A stretch of DNA of 64,000 bases from Planctomycetota bacterium (lineage in GTDB: Bacteria; Planctomycetota; UBA8108; UBA1146), in assembly GCA_016776905.1 (NCBI GenBank), contig JADHSM010000007.1:73438-137437 (forward strand), written 5' to 3'. A program made the position numbers and the translations under genes. Shown one piece after another: positions 1-10,033 of the stretch. The first letter of the stretch is position 1; each line of letters begins with the position of its first letter. Below the pieces are notes generated by a model that was not told the origin of the DNA, did no database searches, and worked only from the letters and a program-made list of their open reading frames with translations.

Positions 1-1396
1 TGTTGAAGGACCTCTGAGTACTTATGATCGATCTGGAGACTTTGGAGTCCTTGGCGATGGTCCATTGGATTACACGGAATTCTCTAAAATGGTCGAGCAA
101 CCAGATATCGCATTTGGTCCTATTGCCCTCGAACAAAAGCAGCAAATTTCTGATCTCGAATTGGAAATAGAAGATATTCAACTTGAGGTGGACGACCTTG
201 AGTCTGACGGTGAGGAACCTGAAGACTGGCTCGTTGAAGATCTCAAGGCGGCTCGGGGCCAGTTGCAGAAATTGCGCGAAGGTCAGGGTGAGCTCGAGGC
301 CATCGAAGCTGTATTTGCTAGGGGAGACGCTGGGGTTCTTTGGCCCCTTTATCGTCACGGCCCCTACAAAAACCGACTCGACCTTCCTGGAACTGCTCCG
401 CATTCTCCCTCACTCTATATTCCGGGATTGACGCCCAAGAGCCAGGTGGCTCGTTTAGGAGAAACTATCGGTGTGAATTATGGGGGACGCCCAGGTGTCA
501 GAGTCGAGGCCTTTAGTGATAAGGGTAATCCTCAGTCTCTTGAAACTGGAACCAAGTTCTACGTGGTCCAAGAAGAAACTGTCGCTGGAATAGTGCTCGT
601 GAGATTAGTGACAGAGGATGGTCAATCTGCGGATGCAGAAGTCATCTCTTTGACACCGGGAGCGACTTTGTTGGAAGGCTCACGCCTCGCAACAAGATTT
701 CTCGATACTTGGGAAGCTCCATTAGGGACGAGTGATGCGGGTATCGACGTGCTCCCTTTGTTGGCTTATGGCTTCAGAGTGAGTGTCGGTTTCTCGTTGA
801 TGGTTTTGATTGCAGGTTACCTGGTAGGAATTCTCGCTGGTGCTGTGATGGGATACTATGGCGGTTGGACCGATATTCTCTTGCAGAGGTTCATTGAGAT
901 CTGGGGATCCGTTCCCTTCCTTTTCTTGATCATGATCGTGGCCAGTATTATCGATCCCGGATTTTGGGTTTTGGTCTTCTTTCTCGTGATCTTGCGTTCT
1001 TGGATGGCGATTACTTATCAAATTCGTGGTGAGTTTTATCGTGAAAAGGCACGTGATTATGTCCAGGCTGCCATCGGGACAGGCGTCAGTGACATGGCAG
1101 TTATGATGCGTCACATTCTGCCGAACTCGATGGTCCCAGTGATCTCAAGAGCCCCCTTTTCATTCGTGACTTATATCAGCTCTTTGGTCTCTCTTGATTT
1201 CCTTGGCTTTGGTCTCCCTCCTACAGATCCTTCTTGGGGTCGCTTGCTCAATCAGGGATTCCAGTTCTTGACGACTTCGCCTCATTTGGTGTTTTTGCCG
1301 GTGATGGCAATGGCGACCACTCTCTTTTTGGTGGTCTTGATCGGCGAAGCCGTTCGCGAAGCTTTCGATCCCAAAGTCTTCTCGAGATTGAGGTGA
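1..1396 (+). CDS. Peptide ABC transporter permease (OppC/YejE-like), 5'-truncated at window edge
   Basis: Frame is open from position 2. C-terminal permease domain with LGTSDAGIDVL...YGFRVS, the EAA-loop region (KARDYVQAAIGTG) and a GEAVREAFDP end. Large acidic extramembrane insertion. Followed by two ABC ATPases. Confidence 0.9.
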   Translation, partial: VEGPLSTYDRSGDFGVLGDGPLDYTEFSKMVEQPDIAFGPIALEQKQQISDLELEIEDIQLEVDDLESDGEEPEDWLVEDLKAARGQLQKLREGQGELEAIEAVFARGDAGVLWPLYRHGPYKNRLDLPGTAPHSPSLYIPGLTPKSQVARLGETIGVNYGGRPGVRVEAFSDKGNPQSLETGTKFYVVQEETVAGIVLVRLVTEDGQSADAEVISLTPGATLLEGSRLATRFLDTWEAPLGTSDAGIDVLPLLAYGFRVSVGFSLMVLIAGYLVGILAGAVMGYYGGWTDILLQRFIEIWGSVPFLFLIMIVASIIDPGFWVLVFFLVILRSWMAITYQIRGEFYREKARDYVQAAIGTGVSDMAVMMRHILPNSMVPVISRAPFSFVTYISSLVSLDFLGFGLPPTDPSWGRLLNQGFQFLTTSPHLVFLPVMAMATTLFLVVLIGEAVREAFDPKVFSRLR

Positions 1397-2427
1397 TGTC
1401 GATGTCCAATGAAGCCCACAAAAAGAAACCGATAGAAGATAAGCCGGAACCCCTCGTCAGTGTCCGTGATTTGCATACAGATTTTACGGTCGAGGGAAAA
1501 ACGGCTCAGGCTGTTGACGGAGTCAGTTTCGACATCATGCCCGGAGAAGTTCTGGGTTTGGTGGGCGAGTCAGGTTGTGGTAAATCCGTGACCGCATTGA
1601 GCCTTTTGAAACTGATACCAGATCCTCCTGGGAAGATTCGCAGTGGGGCCGCGATCTATAATGGCCAAGATCTTCTCGCGATGAGCTACGACGAGATGCG
1701 GAAGATTCGTGGTAACGAGATTGCCATGATTTTCCAAGAACCCATGACAGCACTGAATCCTGTTTTCACAATAGGTTTTCAGATGCGAGAGGCGATCCAG
1801 CATCACACGGGTGCTTCTAAAACTGAGGCTAATAATCAAGCCGTCGAAATGCTGGAAAAAGTGGGCCTTCCTGACGCGAGAGCTCGCCTCGATAATTATC
1901 CCCATCAATTCTCTGGTGGAATGCGTCAACGGGTGATGATTGCGATGGCTTTGTCATTGCACCCTGCTCTTTTGATAGCAGATGAACCTACGACTGCACT
2001 CGACGTAACGATTCAGGCGCAGATCCTGGATTTGATGTTGAACATGAAGTCCCAACGTGAAGGTGCTTCCATTCTTTTGATCACGCACGACTTGGCGGTC
2101 GTGGCTGAAACATGTGATCGAGTGGTGGTGATGTACGGCGGGAAAATCCAAGAAGTTGCTCCGGTCAAAGAGTTGTTCAGGAATCCAATGCACCCATACA
2201 CGCGTGGGTTGTTACGCAGCCTGCCAAGGCCTGAATTGGATTCTGAACAGGAAGAACTGGAAACGATACCTGGAATCGTACCGAGTATTTTTGACTGGCC
2301 TCCGGGTTGTCGCTTTTCAACGAGATGCCCTTTGGTGGAGGACCGGTGTCGCCAAGAAGTTCCTGAACTTCGGGACATGGGTTCGGGTCATTGGGTACGT
2401 TGTCATCTGGCGGGAGAACAAGCATGA
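1396..2427 (+). CDS. oppD: Oligopeptide ABC transporter ATP-binding protein (OppD/DppD)
   Basis: Walker A GESGCGKS, signature FSGGMRQR, LIADEPTT, C-terminal GCRF..RC oligopeptide domain. ATG at 1396 overlaps the upstream TGA. Confidence 0.92.
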   Translation: MSMSNEAHKKKPIEDKPEPLVSVRDLHTDFTVEGKTAQAVDGVSFDIMPGEVLGLVGESGCGKSVTALSLLKLIPDPPGKIRSGAAIYNGQDLLAMSYDEMRKIRGNEIAMIFQEPMTALNPVFTIGFQMREAIQHHTGASKTEANNQAVEMLEKVGLPDARARLDNYPHQFSGGMRQRVMIAMALSLHPALLIADEPTTALDVTIQAQILDLMLNMKSQREGASILLITHDLAVVAETCDRVVVMYGGKIQEVAPVKELFRNPMHPYTRGLLRSLPRPELDSEQEELETIPGIVPSIFDWPPGCRFSTRCPLVEDRCRQEVPELRDMGSGHWVRCHLAGEQA

Positions 2428-3482
2428 GTTCAGAACCTCAAAAGCCAGTCACCGATGATACGATTTTGGAATTGGATGACCTGAAAGTTTGGTTTCCAGT
2501 TCACGGAGGTGTGTTATCGCGTCATGTCGGTGACGTGAAAGCCGTTGACGGAATCTCGCTCAAAGTTAAAGCGGGAGAAACACTCGGAGTTGTCGGTGAG
2601 TCTGGCTGTGGAAAAAGCACCCTGGGCAAAGCGATCATGGGTTTGGTCCCGGTCACTTCTGGAAAGATCCACTTTGAGAGCGAACGCGGTAAAGTTGAAT
2701 TGAGTGGACTGAGCCGCAGGGCTTATCGGCCCTACAGAAGTGAAATACAAATGGTCTATCAAGACCCTTTTTCCTCACTCAATCCCCGCCTTTCGGTGCA
2801 AGAAATCGTCGAAGAACCGCTCAAGGTTCATCAGACTCATATGAGTTCTGAAGAAAGACGACTTCGAGTCGAAGAACTGCTCGAAAAGGTTGGCCTTCGT
2901 CGTGAACAAGCAGAGCGATATCCTCATGAGTTTTCTGGAGGTCAGCGCCAAAGGATCGGTATCGCACGTTCTTTAGCCACGAATCCACGTGTGATTATTG
3001 CGGATGAACCTGTGAGTGCTCTGGATGTGTCTATCCAGGCTCAGGTCATCAATCTGATGCGTTCATTGCAAAGAGAACTCGATCTCACGATCGTCTTTAT
3101 TGCCCATGATATATCCGTAGTTCAGCACGTCTCAGATCGGGTTGCGGTGATGTACTTGGGCAATCTGGCAGAAGTCGGTCGAACCCATGAGATCTTCAGC
3201 GCACCGACGCATCCATACACAAGAGCTTTGCTCAGTGCGGTACCCAGACCAGATCCTGACCTCAAACGTGAAAAAAGGTGGGTTCTCGAAGGCGATGTGC
3301 CCAGTCCGATGGCGAAGCCCAGCGGCTGCGGATTCAGAACCCGTTGTCCCATCGCGCAAGAGGATTGCGCCCGCGACGTCCCAGTGATGGCGACAGTGGG
3401 AGATCAGCACCGAGCCGCTTGTCCTCATGCAGGTCGATTCGAAGAGTTGCTCGAAGAGCGGTCTTCAAACAAGGGTTCCTAG
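2424..3482 (+). CDS. oppF: Oligopeptide ABC transporter ATP-binding protein (OppF/DppF)
   Basis: GESGCGKS, YPHEFSGGQRQRIGIAR, ADEPVSALDVS, C-terminal GCGFRTRCP. ATGA overlap with oppD. Confidence 0.92.
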   Translation: MSSEPQKPVTDDTILELDDLKVWFPVHGGVLSRHVGDVKAVDGISLKVKAGETLGVVGESGCGKSTLGKAIMGLVPVTSGKIHFESERGKVELSGLSRRAYRPYRSEIQMVYQDPFSSLNPRLSVQEIVEEPLKVHQTHMSSEERRLRVEELLEKVGLRREQAERYPHEFSGGQRQRIGIARSLATNPRVIIADEPVSALDVSIQAQVINLMRSLQRELDLTIVFIAHDISVVQHVSDRVAVMYLGNLAEVGRTHEIFSAPTHPYTRALLSAVPRPDPDLKREKRWVLEGDVPSPMAKPSGCGFRTRCPIAQEDCARDVPVMATVGDQHRAACPHAGRFEELLEERSSNKGS

Positions 3483-3632
3483 CCCCCCCCCCGGCTGACC
3501 CCGTCATAACTCCCATAAGATCTCTTATCGGAACAAATAGAGAGAGCGAGGTTTTCTCCTCTCTCCACTAGGGACGTTGTGTTTGCCTATGGATCAGTCT
3601 GTTCACAACGTTCTGTGGGCATACCGTCGATA

Positions 3633-5093
3633 TTAGTTGCGTGGGAAATGTCCTTCTGTGCGTCGCTTGAGGATCACGTCGAGGCGATCTCTGGCTTCTT
3701 TTGCGGATATATCCACTCCATACATCCATTTCGCTTGTCGTCGTGCTTGTGCTGCAAAGAAGTCCAATCCATCGATCACTGTGAGGGATCGATGGTGAGC
3801 GAATTGAGATGTGATGACAGAAGGATCGCGTGAGTAATCCAGATCCATGAAGACCTCGCCCTGGAATAGATTCAAATCCCATGGCCAATCGACAGTGCTT
3901 TCAGGATCTGTGCCCGTGGCATTGATCAGCGTTGTCGCCGACCTCAGAGTGTCGTCGTCAGAACTCCAATGGAGTTCTGGGTATTGGGTGCTGTTTTCTT
4001 GAGCGGATCGTGACAGGAGCTGTGCTTCGCCCCCTGCATTCTGGATGGCGTGCGCCAGTGATAACGCAGCACCGCCTCCACCCATGATCACGATCCTTGT
4101 GATCGATACCTCGCGGTCTTCTAAGAGGTCGAGAGCCGCTATTCCATCTGTACTCGTTCCTTGCCAACGATTCTCTGCGGACTTGAGCAATGTATTCCAT
4201 GCGGGCATGCCTTCGGCGAATGAATCGACGCCAAGGCCTTGAGTCCTCGCCCATTTTTTATGAGGTGCGGTGATGGCGATCGCATCGAAGTTAAGCGGCG
4301 TTTCGTTGGTCAGTATCTCGTCAGGATGTTCAGTCGACCAATGATGAAACCTTGCCGGTATCTGATAATCAGCGAGAACTGAATTATGCCAGTCGGGAGA
4401 GAGACTCTGTGAGACTTGATGTCCAATGACGACAAATCGTTTTTCGACATGAGAGATACGGGGCCATTGATATCGGTGGATCACTTCAGAGATCCCTGGG
4501 ATCTTATCATTTCCAGTTTTATCCTCGTCAGCTGTGAGGTAACCCCAGGGTTGTCCTTCTTCAAGAGCGCTCAGTCGATCCGCATCTCCATGACCAGAAA
4601 GGCAAAATGCGACGCAGGGGAAATCGGTGTCTCTGCAGAGTTGGAGAAGTCGTGTTCGTGTTGAGAGAGAGGTTTCGCTTGGGAAAACTATTTTGAGACC
4701 ACGTGCACCCGCGTTCTTCGCTTCATCTCTCAACATAGTCGCCAGAGATAGATCAGGGGTTTCCAAATGACGTGACATGATCCATGGAATGTCGTCGGGA
4801 GCGGGTGCGTCCGTGGTGGGATCCACGTCGATCCAACCCCCCAATTTCCGACAGAGAGCATCTCTTTTCAGAGTACGAGCTTCATTTCCAAAATGACCTC
4901 GATCGGTCACTATGACAGGAGCCGTCAAAGGCGGTCTTTTTTGAGGAAAGTCCCCTTCCCAGAGATCGAGACGGAGTTCGTAACTGATATCCATAGACGT
5001 ATCTGGGTGCGAATCGGGCGTGGAGGTTCCGGGGAACTCTCCTTCTGGGAGTCTGTTGAGCACCATGTACCAGCCATTAGGAATATGACTCAT
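3633..5093 (-). CDS. aroE: Bifunctional type I 3-dehydroquinate dehydratase-like / shikimate dehydrogenase (AroD-AroE fusion), divergent
   Basis: N-half has AroD-like ELRLD, WIDVD, MSRH and LKIV. C-half has SQSLSPDWHN, ITAPHK, NTL, STDG, GGGGAA, INAT and DGLDFFAAQA. The start could instead be 5168. Confidence 0.75.
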   Translation of the reverse strand: MSHIPNGWYMVLNRLPEGEFPGTSTPDSHPDTSMDISYELRLDLWEGDFPQKRPPLTAPVIVTDRGHFGNEARTLKRDALCRKLGGWIDVDPTTDAPAPDDIPWIMSRHLETPDLSLATMLRDEAKNAGARGLKIVFPSETSLSTRTRLLQLCRDTDFPCVAFCLSGHGDADRLSALEEGQPWGYLTADEDKTGNDKIPGISEVIHRYQWPRISHVEKRFVVIGHQVSQSLSPDWHNSVLADYQIPARFHHWSTEHPDEILTNETPLNFDAIAITAPHKKWARTQGLGVDSFAEGMPAWNTLLKSAENRWQGTSTDGIAALDLLEDREVSITRIVIMGGGGAALSLAHAIQNAGGEAQLLSRSAQENSTQYPELHWSSDDDTLRSATTLINATGTDPESTVDWPWDLNLFQGEVFMDLDYSRDPSVITSQFAHHRSLTVIDGLDFFAAQARRQAKWMYGVDISAKEARDRLDVILKRRTEGHFPRN

Positions 5094-5567
5094 GAAAAAT
5101 CTTTCAAAGTGACTCCTCTTGAAGGGATTTGGGACTGGTAACAGTTCTTCCCTGAGGTATGATGGCATTCAGTTGGTCAGGACATCAACCTGGATCAACT
5201 CAGTTCTCCCCCCCATGAATACGAAGTGTTGTACAGCATTTCTGTGGAACCCCTTTTGAGATACGTATTTATTAAGGTTGGGAAAACAGGGCCTTCTAAT
5301 CCTGAAATCGTCAGTTATGTGGATGGCCATTCCTGTAAGTAAATTTTAGAGATTTCGGATCTGTCCGAATATCAAGGACGCGTTCCTGCTCTGATTTTAA
5401 CCGACAGAATCGACGAAAACCCTACTGCACTAATGTGTATCCGGGTTTCAGATCCTAAATCAGCCATATGGATGTTGTACTCTAGTGTGACTCCATGATC
5501 TTGATCAATGCTTGAACTCGCCCTCTAGGCATGAATAGCGATCAAGAAGTAACTCCAAGGAGATCGT

Positions 5568-6977
5568 TTGAACCAGGAGAACTCTTCTTCGAAGTCCTCA
5601 TCCAGCAATGGTGGATCAGGGCGTCGTCGTCGACCCAGTCGTGGCCGAGGTCGCAACTCATCCTCTAGCCCATCCTCTGACTCATCATCGGGAGGACGCT
5701 CAGCATCGGGAGGACGCTCGGCATCGGGAGGACGCTCGGCTCAGTCGAAGCGCAGAGGCGGCGGAGGCGGAGGTCAACGTCGTCAGCACGGTCGCTCACG
5801 CCGTGAAGTCTCCAATGAAGGCCTCGCTGCTTTCGGCCAGCCTCCTCAGGGGAAACCCGTCCATATTCCTGAAGGGACTCGCGTCAGGGGAATTCTCGAA
5901 GTTGTAAATCAAGGTTTTGGTTTTCTTCGTTCGGTCGACAAGTCCTTTAGGATTCGCCCCGAAGATGTGCATGTCGGCAAAAACCTGGTACAAAAATTTG
6001 GGCTCCAGACGGGTCATTATATGGTGGGAGTTGTAGGCGGATCTGCAGGAAAAGGTCGAGGCCCCAGTTTGGGTCGGATCGAGTCTGTGGATGGTGACCC
6101 ACCCGAGTTAGTTAAAAAGAGAACGCATTATAAAGAGATGACCAGTATCGATCCGACGGATCGATTTCTCCTCGGTGAAACTGGCGACATCTCTATGAGA
6201 CTCGCCGATCTGATTTCTCCGATTGGCAAAGGGCAGCGAGCCCTCATCGTCGCTCCTCCTCGCACAGGCAAAACAGTACTCCTGCAAAAGATGGCTCAGT
6301 CGATTATCGAAACCCATCCCGAAACCATGGTGCTGGCTCTTCTTGTGGATGAACGACCCGAGGAAGTGACGGACTGGAAGCGATCGGTGAAGGCAGAGGT
6401 TTATGCCTCTTCCAGTGATGAGACTTCTAAATGTCATGTGCGTGTTTCTGAGATTGTTCTTCAGCGTTGTCACAGGCTCTTGGAAGCGAAGTGCGATGTT
6501 GTGTTGTTGATGGATTCTCTCACTCGTTTGGGGCGAGCCTACAACCTTGAGACGGCTCATAGTGGAAGAACCCTTTCTGGCGGTGTAGACGCTAAAACCT
6601 TAGAGAAGCCGAAAGCGATCTTTGGTGCTGCAAGAAACGTTGAGGGTGGCGGTAGTTTAACGATCATTGCGACCGCTTTGATCGAAACCGGAAGTCGCAT
6701 GGACGAAGTGATCTTTGAAGAATTTAAAGGAACTGGAAATATGGAGTTGGTGTTGTCGCGCAAGCTGGCAGATCAACGAGTCTTCCCAGCCATCGATGTG
6801 ACTCTTTCTGGTACACGGAAAGAGGAAAAGTTATATAGCTCTGAAGAAATCGATCAGATATGGAAGTTGCGTCGAGTCTTGACCAGTGTCAGTCCTGTTG
6901 AGGGCATGGAGCTGTTAAGTCAGAGAGTCGGTGCATTCCAGGATAACGCGGAGTTCCTTCACTCTCTCGGAGGGTGA
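5568..6977 (+). CDS. rho: Transcription termination factor Rho with N-terminal low-complexity extension
   Basis: GFGFLR RNA-binding motif, [50 protein letters not shown] start after AAGGAG. Confidence 0.96.
   Translation: MNQENSSSKSSSSNGGSGRRRRPSRGRGRNSSSSPSSDSSSGGRSASGGRSASGGRSAQSKRRGGGGGGQRRQHGRSRREVSNEGLAAFGQPPQGKPVHIPEGTRVRGILEVVNQGFGFLRSVDKSFRIRPEDVHVGKNLVQKFGLQTGHYMVGVVGGSAGKGRGPSLGRIESVDGDPPELVKKRTHYKEMTSIDPTDRFLLGETGDISMRLADLISPIGKGQRALIVAPPRTGKTVLLQKMAQSIIETHPETMVLALLVDERPEEVTDWKRSVKAEVYASSSDETSKCHVRVSEIVLQRCHRLLEAKCDVVLLMDSLTRLGRAYNLETAHSGRTLSGGVDAKTLEKPKAIFGAARNVEGGGSLTIIATALIETGSRMDEVIFEEFKGTGNMELVLSRKLADQRVFPAIDVTLSGTRKEEKLYSSEEIDQIWKLRRVLTSVSPVEGMELLSQRVGAFQDNAEFLHSLGG
5686..5739 (+). 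repeat. 18-bp tandem repeat x3 inside rho (encodes S(S/A)SGGR)
   Basis: CATCGGGAGGACGCTC(A/G)G at 5686, 5704 and 5722. Confidence 0.9.
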
Positions 6978-7010
6978 TCTACCACTTGTGCCCCACTGAA
7001 AAGTTTCCCC

Positions 7011-7802
7011 TCAGAGTCGAGCGTCCAGTCTTCGTGTATCGACAGCAAACTGTCCGATTTTGAGACGTGGGCTTTCTCGGTGAAGGTCTGATCCTCCACA
7101 GGCTCCTAGTTCGTGTGTTTCCTGAAACTCTCTCGCCACTTTGCGATGAGGGGTCCCTAGATTTTTATAAAGACTTTCCACTCCGTCGAGACCTGCTTTT
7201 ATAAGTCTTTCGCCATGGGTTCTGATCTGGTCTGCCTGAGGGTGTGCCCAATAAGTGAGCCCGTCCAGCTCGTGGACTTGTTGGAATGCTTCTTCGGCTG
7301 TGATTTGTGGTCGCCGAAAGATGCCTTGGCGCAGCCATTGTCGAAATGCCTGCCCCGCAGAATCGCAAAGGCCTCCACGTATCAATGCACGTGCGACATG
7401 CGATCGGCACGGAACCGAAGATCCTGTTTCTGCTTCAAAGTCTTTCCAAAGAAGTGGAACTCCTGATTCCCGCAGCTGGCTTACTCCGTTGAGCACTCTT
7501 TCTTTGCGGTCGGTCTCCAGCAATCGCCCCCAGCTCAGGATTTCGCCCGTTAAGCCTTTTGGGAAATAGGCCAACATGTGCAGGTCTGAGTCTCCGACTT
7601 GGCAAGACATTTCTATTCCGGGTAGTAGACGCATCGTTTTTGGAAGAACGAGGTCAGAGGAATACGCTCCGAATGTGTCATGGTCACAGAAAGAGAGAAG
7701 GCAAAGGCTTTTGGCGGAACGATCGATGAGTTCCTGTGCCGTATGTGCCCCATCACTATTGATGGTGTGGACGTGCAGGTCGGCACGATGTGTAGATCTC
7801 AT
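7011..7802 (-). CDS. PHP-domain metal-dependent phosphoesterase (TrpH/YciV-like)
   Basis: DLHVHT..SDG, CDHDT, GIEMS, AHP and GGSDLH motifs. ATG overlaps the gltX stop (TAATG). Confidence 0.88.
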   Translation of the reverse strand: MRSTHRADLHVHTINSDGAHTAQELIDRSAKSLCLLSFCDHDTFGAYSSDLVLPKTMRLLPGIEMSCQVGDSDLHMLAYFPKGLTGEILSWGRLLETDRKERVLNGVSQLRESGVPLLWKDFEAETGSSVPCRSHVARALIRGGLCDSAGQAFRQWLRQGIFRRPQITAEEAFQQVHELDGLTYWAHPQADQIRTHGERLIKAGLDGVESLYKNLGTPHRKVAREFQETHELGACGGSDLHRESPRLKIGQFAVDTRRLDARL

Positions 7803-9271
7803 TATTCTCTCAATATTTCGCAAGCACGATCGATGCGTTCGACGGATTTTTGCGCTCCGAGGGCTCCGATCACTTCAATTAAGTCGGGGGAGTCTTTTCT
7901 TGAAGTGAGTGCGAATCGCAACGGCATAAAGAGGAAGGGTTTTTTCCAACCGTGCTGGGAGATTAAATCATCGAGTCCCGAGGCGATGGCGTCATGCTGG
8001 AATGAAGCCAGTGATCCAAAGAACTCCGAAGCCGCTTTTAATGCCGAAAGAGATGTCTCTGCATCGCTTTTCTTCGGTATGAGATCTTCTTTTGTTGGAG
8101 GCTCTGGTGTTTGGAAAAACCAGCTGGTTTTATCGGTGAACTCTCCTAGGCGTGTCAGTCGCTCTGTCATCATGGGCAAGATCTCAAGGATCCGTTCTTT
8201 GGATTCTCCTTCAGGCCCAAATCCCTCTGATAGAATACGGTCTGCCAAAGTATCTATAGGAAGTTTGCGGATATGCATCCCGTTGAGCCAGTCCAGTTTC
8301 GTCATGTCGAAAATCGGAGCACCTGTCGAGAGTTTTTCAATGCGGAATTGCTCTTCAAAAGTCTCCATATCAAAGACTTCGTTGTCGTCTTCAGGGGCCC
8401 AACCCATCAACGCAAGGAAGTTTAAAAGAGCTTCCGGAAGGTAGCCTTCCTGGCGAAACCAATTGAGGCTGACCGGATTTTTACGCTTTGAGATTTTGCT
8501 CTTGTCTGCATTCCTAAGGAGAGAGACGTGAACAAAGGTCGGAAGAGGCTCGTCGAGGGCTTCGTAGAGCAGCACGTGTTTGGGAGTCGAAATTAACCAC
8601 TCCTCAGCACGGATCACATGAGTGATGCCAAAAGAGATGTCGTCAGCGACATTGGCCAAATGGTAAGTCGGGAAACCGTCTGTTTTGATCAGAACTTGGT
8701 CATCTATCTCAGCGTTTGAGACACGAATTTCTCCTCGAAGACGATCTTTGAAGACGGTCTCTCCACTATTTGGAACTTTCAGTCGAATGACATGGGATTC
8801 TCCGTCACGGGCTCTTCGTTCAGAGTCTTCAGCAGAAATTTCTCGACAAGCACCGTCGTAGCCCAAACGTTGTTTATTCGCTTTTTGATCTTCTCTCAGT
8901 TTAGAGATGCGATCTGCGGTACAGAAACAGCGATAAGAATGGCCACTCGCCATGAGTCGTTCGATCAATGATTGGTAATGTTCGAGCCGTTCGCTTTGGC
9001 GATATGGGGCGTGAGGGCCGCCTTTGTCTGGGCCTTCGTCCCAATTGAGGCCGAGCCATTCTAGGGCGTGAAAGATTTGGTCCTCACTGGTGGCTTGATA
9101 TCGAGATCTGTCCGTATCGTCGATGCGCAGGAGGAATTGCCCTCCTCCTTGACGTGCGTGAGTTCTATTGAAGAGAGCGACGTACGCGGTTCCGACGTGG
9201 GGATCTCCGGTTGGGCTAGGAGCCACCCGCACTCTGGGAGGATGATTTGAAGAAGTTTCTGAAGCACTCAT
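7802..9271 (-). CDS. gltX: Glutamate--tRNA ligase
   Basis: RVAPSPTGDPHVG (HIGH), LRIDDTD, YRQSER, ITHVIRAEEW, KISKR (KMSKS). Confidence 0.97.
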   Translation of the reverse strand: MSASETSSNHPPRVRVAPSPTGDPHVGTAYVALFNRTHARQGGGQFLLRIDDTDRSRYQATSEDQIFHALEWLGLNWDEGPDKGGPHAPYRQSERLEHYQSLIERLMASGHSYRCFCTADRISKLREDQKANKQRLGYDGACREISAEDSERRARDGESHVIRLKVPNSGETVFKDRLRGEIRVSNAEIDDQVLIKTDGFPTYHLANVADDISFGITHVIRAEEWLISTPKHVLLYEALDEPLPTFVHVSLLRNADKSKISKRKNPVSLNWFRQEGYLPEALLNFLALMGWAPEDDNEVFDMETFEEQFRIEKLSTGAPIFDMTKLDWLNGMHIRKLPIDTLADRILSEGFGPEGESKERILEILPMMTERLTRLGEFTDKTSWFFQTPEPPTKEDLIPKKSDAETSLSALKAASEFFGSLASFQHDAIASGLDDLISQHGWKKPFLFMPLRFALTSRKDSPDLIEVIGALGAQKSVERIDRACEILRE

Positions 9272-9891
9272 GATCCATCTCGTTCCTTCAAGAGGGTTTC
9301 AACCCAACGTCCGAAGTGATCCATTTCAAGATTGAGGAGGTCTCCCACTTTTCTCTGGCCGAAGGCGGTGACTTCTAGGGTGTGGGGAATCAGTGCGACT
9401 GAAAAATGGTGAGGATCGCTGTCTACGACTGTAAGGCTCACGCCATCTAGGGTGACGGAACCTTTGGCGACGGTTCTGAATGGGGCGTCAGCAGGGACTG
9501 AAATGTCCCAAATCACTTCACCGTCATTTTCCTTGATCGATTTCAGGGTCCCTAAGGTATCGACGTGACCGGTCACGTAGTGCCCCCCCATTCGATCCCC
9601 CATTCGGAGCGCTCGCTCTAAATGAACACCTTCTCCTATTTGTCTCTGACCCAAGCTGGTGCATCTCATAGTTTCAGGGATAACGTCAAATCCGAGGGTC
9701 GTCCCTTGGGAGACGAGGGTCAAGCAAGCCCCATTGACGGAGATACTCTCTCCCGCCTCCAGGTCCTCCCAAGGGGCGAGGTTTCCGGACATCGAGGAGA
9801 TGGGAGTGGATTCCAGATCCAGCCGAATTCCGGCAGGATGAGGGGTAAATGAGGCTATTTTGTGGGTTCTTTCAACAAGTCCTGTAAACAC
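9268..9891 (-). CDS. ribE: Riboflavin synthase alpha chain
   Basis: Diagnostic N-terminal MFTG, SISVNGACLT, GGHYVTGHVD, KGSVTLDGVSLT, LIPHTL. Confidence 0.96.
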   Translation of the reverse strand: MFTGLVERTHKIASFTPHPAGIRLDLESTPISSMSGNLAPWEDLEAGESISVNGACLTLVSQGTTLGFDVIPETMRCTSLGQRQIGEGVHLERALRMGDRMGGHYVTGHVDTLGTLKSIKENDGEVIWDISVPADAPFRTVAKGSVTLDGVSLTVVDSDPHHFSVALIPHTLEVTAFGQRKVGDLLNLEMDHFGRWVETLLKERDGS

Positions 9892-10004
9892 ATGCCCACC
9901 TTTCAGTCACAGGCTAAGGCAGAGGCTGGGAAACTGCCACCAATCTGAAGAAGACCACGGCCCCAAGGGGCAAATAAAACTTAAAAGTCGTTGTTTACCG
10001 TTTC

Positions 10005-10033
10005 TTGACCGGTGTATCTGACAAGGCTATCAT
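10005..10033 (+). promoter_or_regulatory. Sigma70-type promoter
   Basis: TTGACC (10005-10010), 17-bp spacer, TATCAT (10028-10033). Confidence 0.65.

Noticed and set aside
7680-8444. 254-aa plus-strand ORF and many other long antisense ORFs
   Set aside because: They are shadows of well-supported genes (here gltX and the PHP gene) with no motifs or RBS.
9892-10000. FMN riboswitch upstream of ribE
   Set aside because: No AGGGC.GGGTGAAATTCCC.ACCG core on the minus strand.
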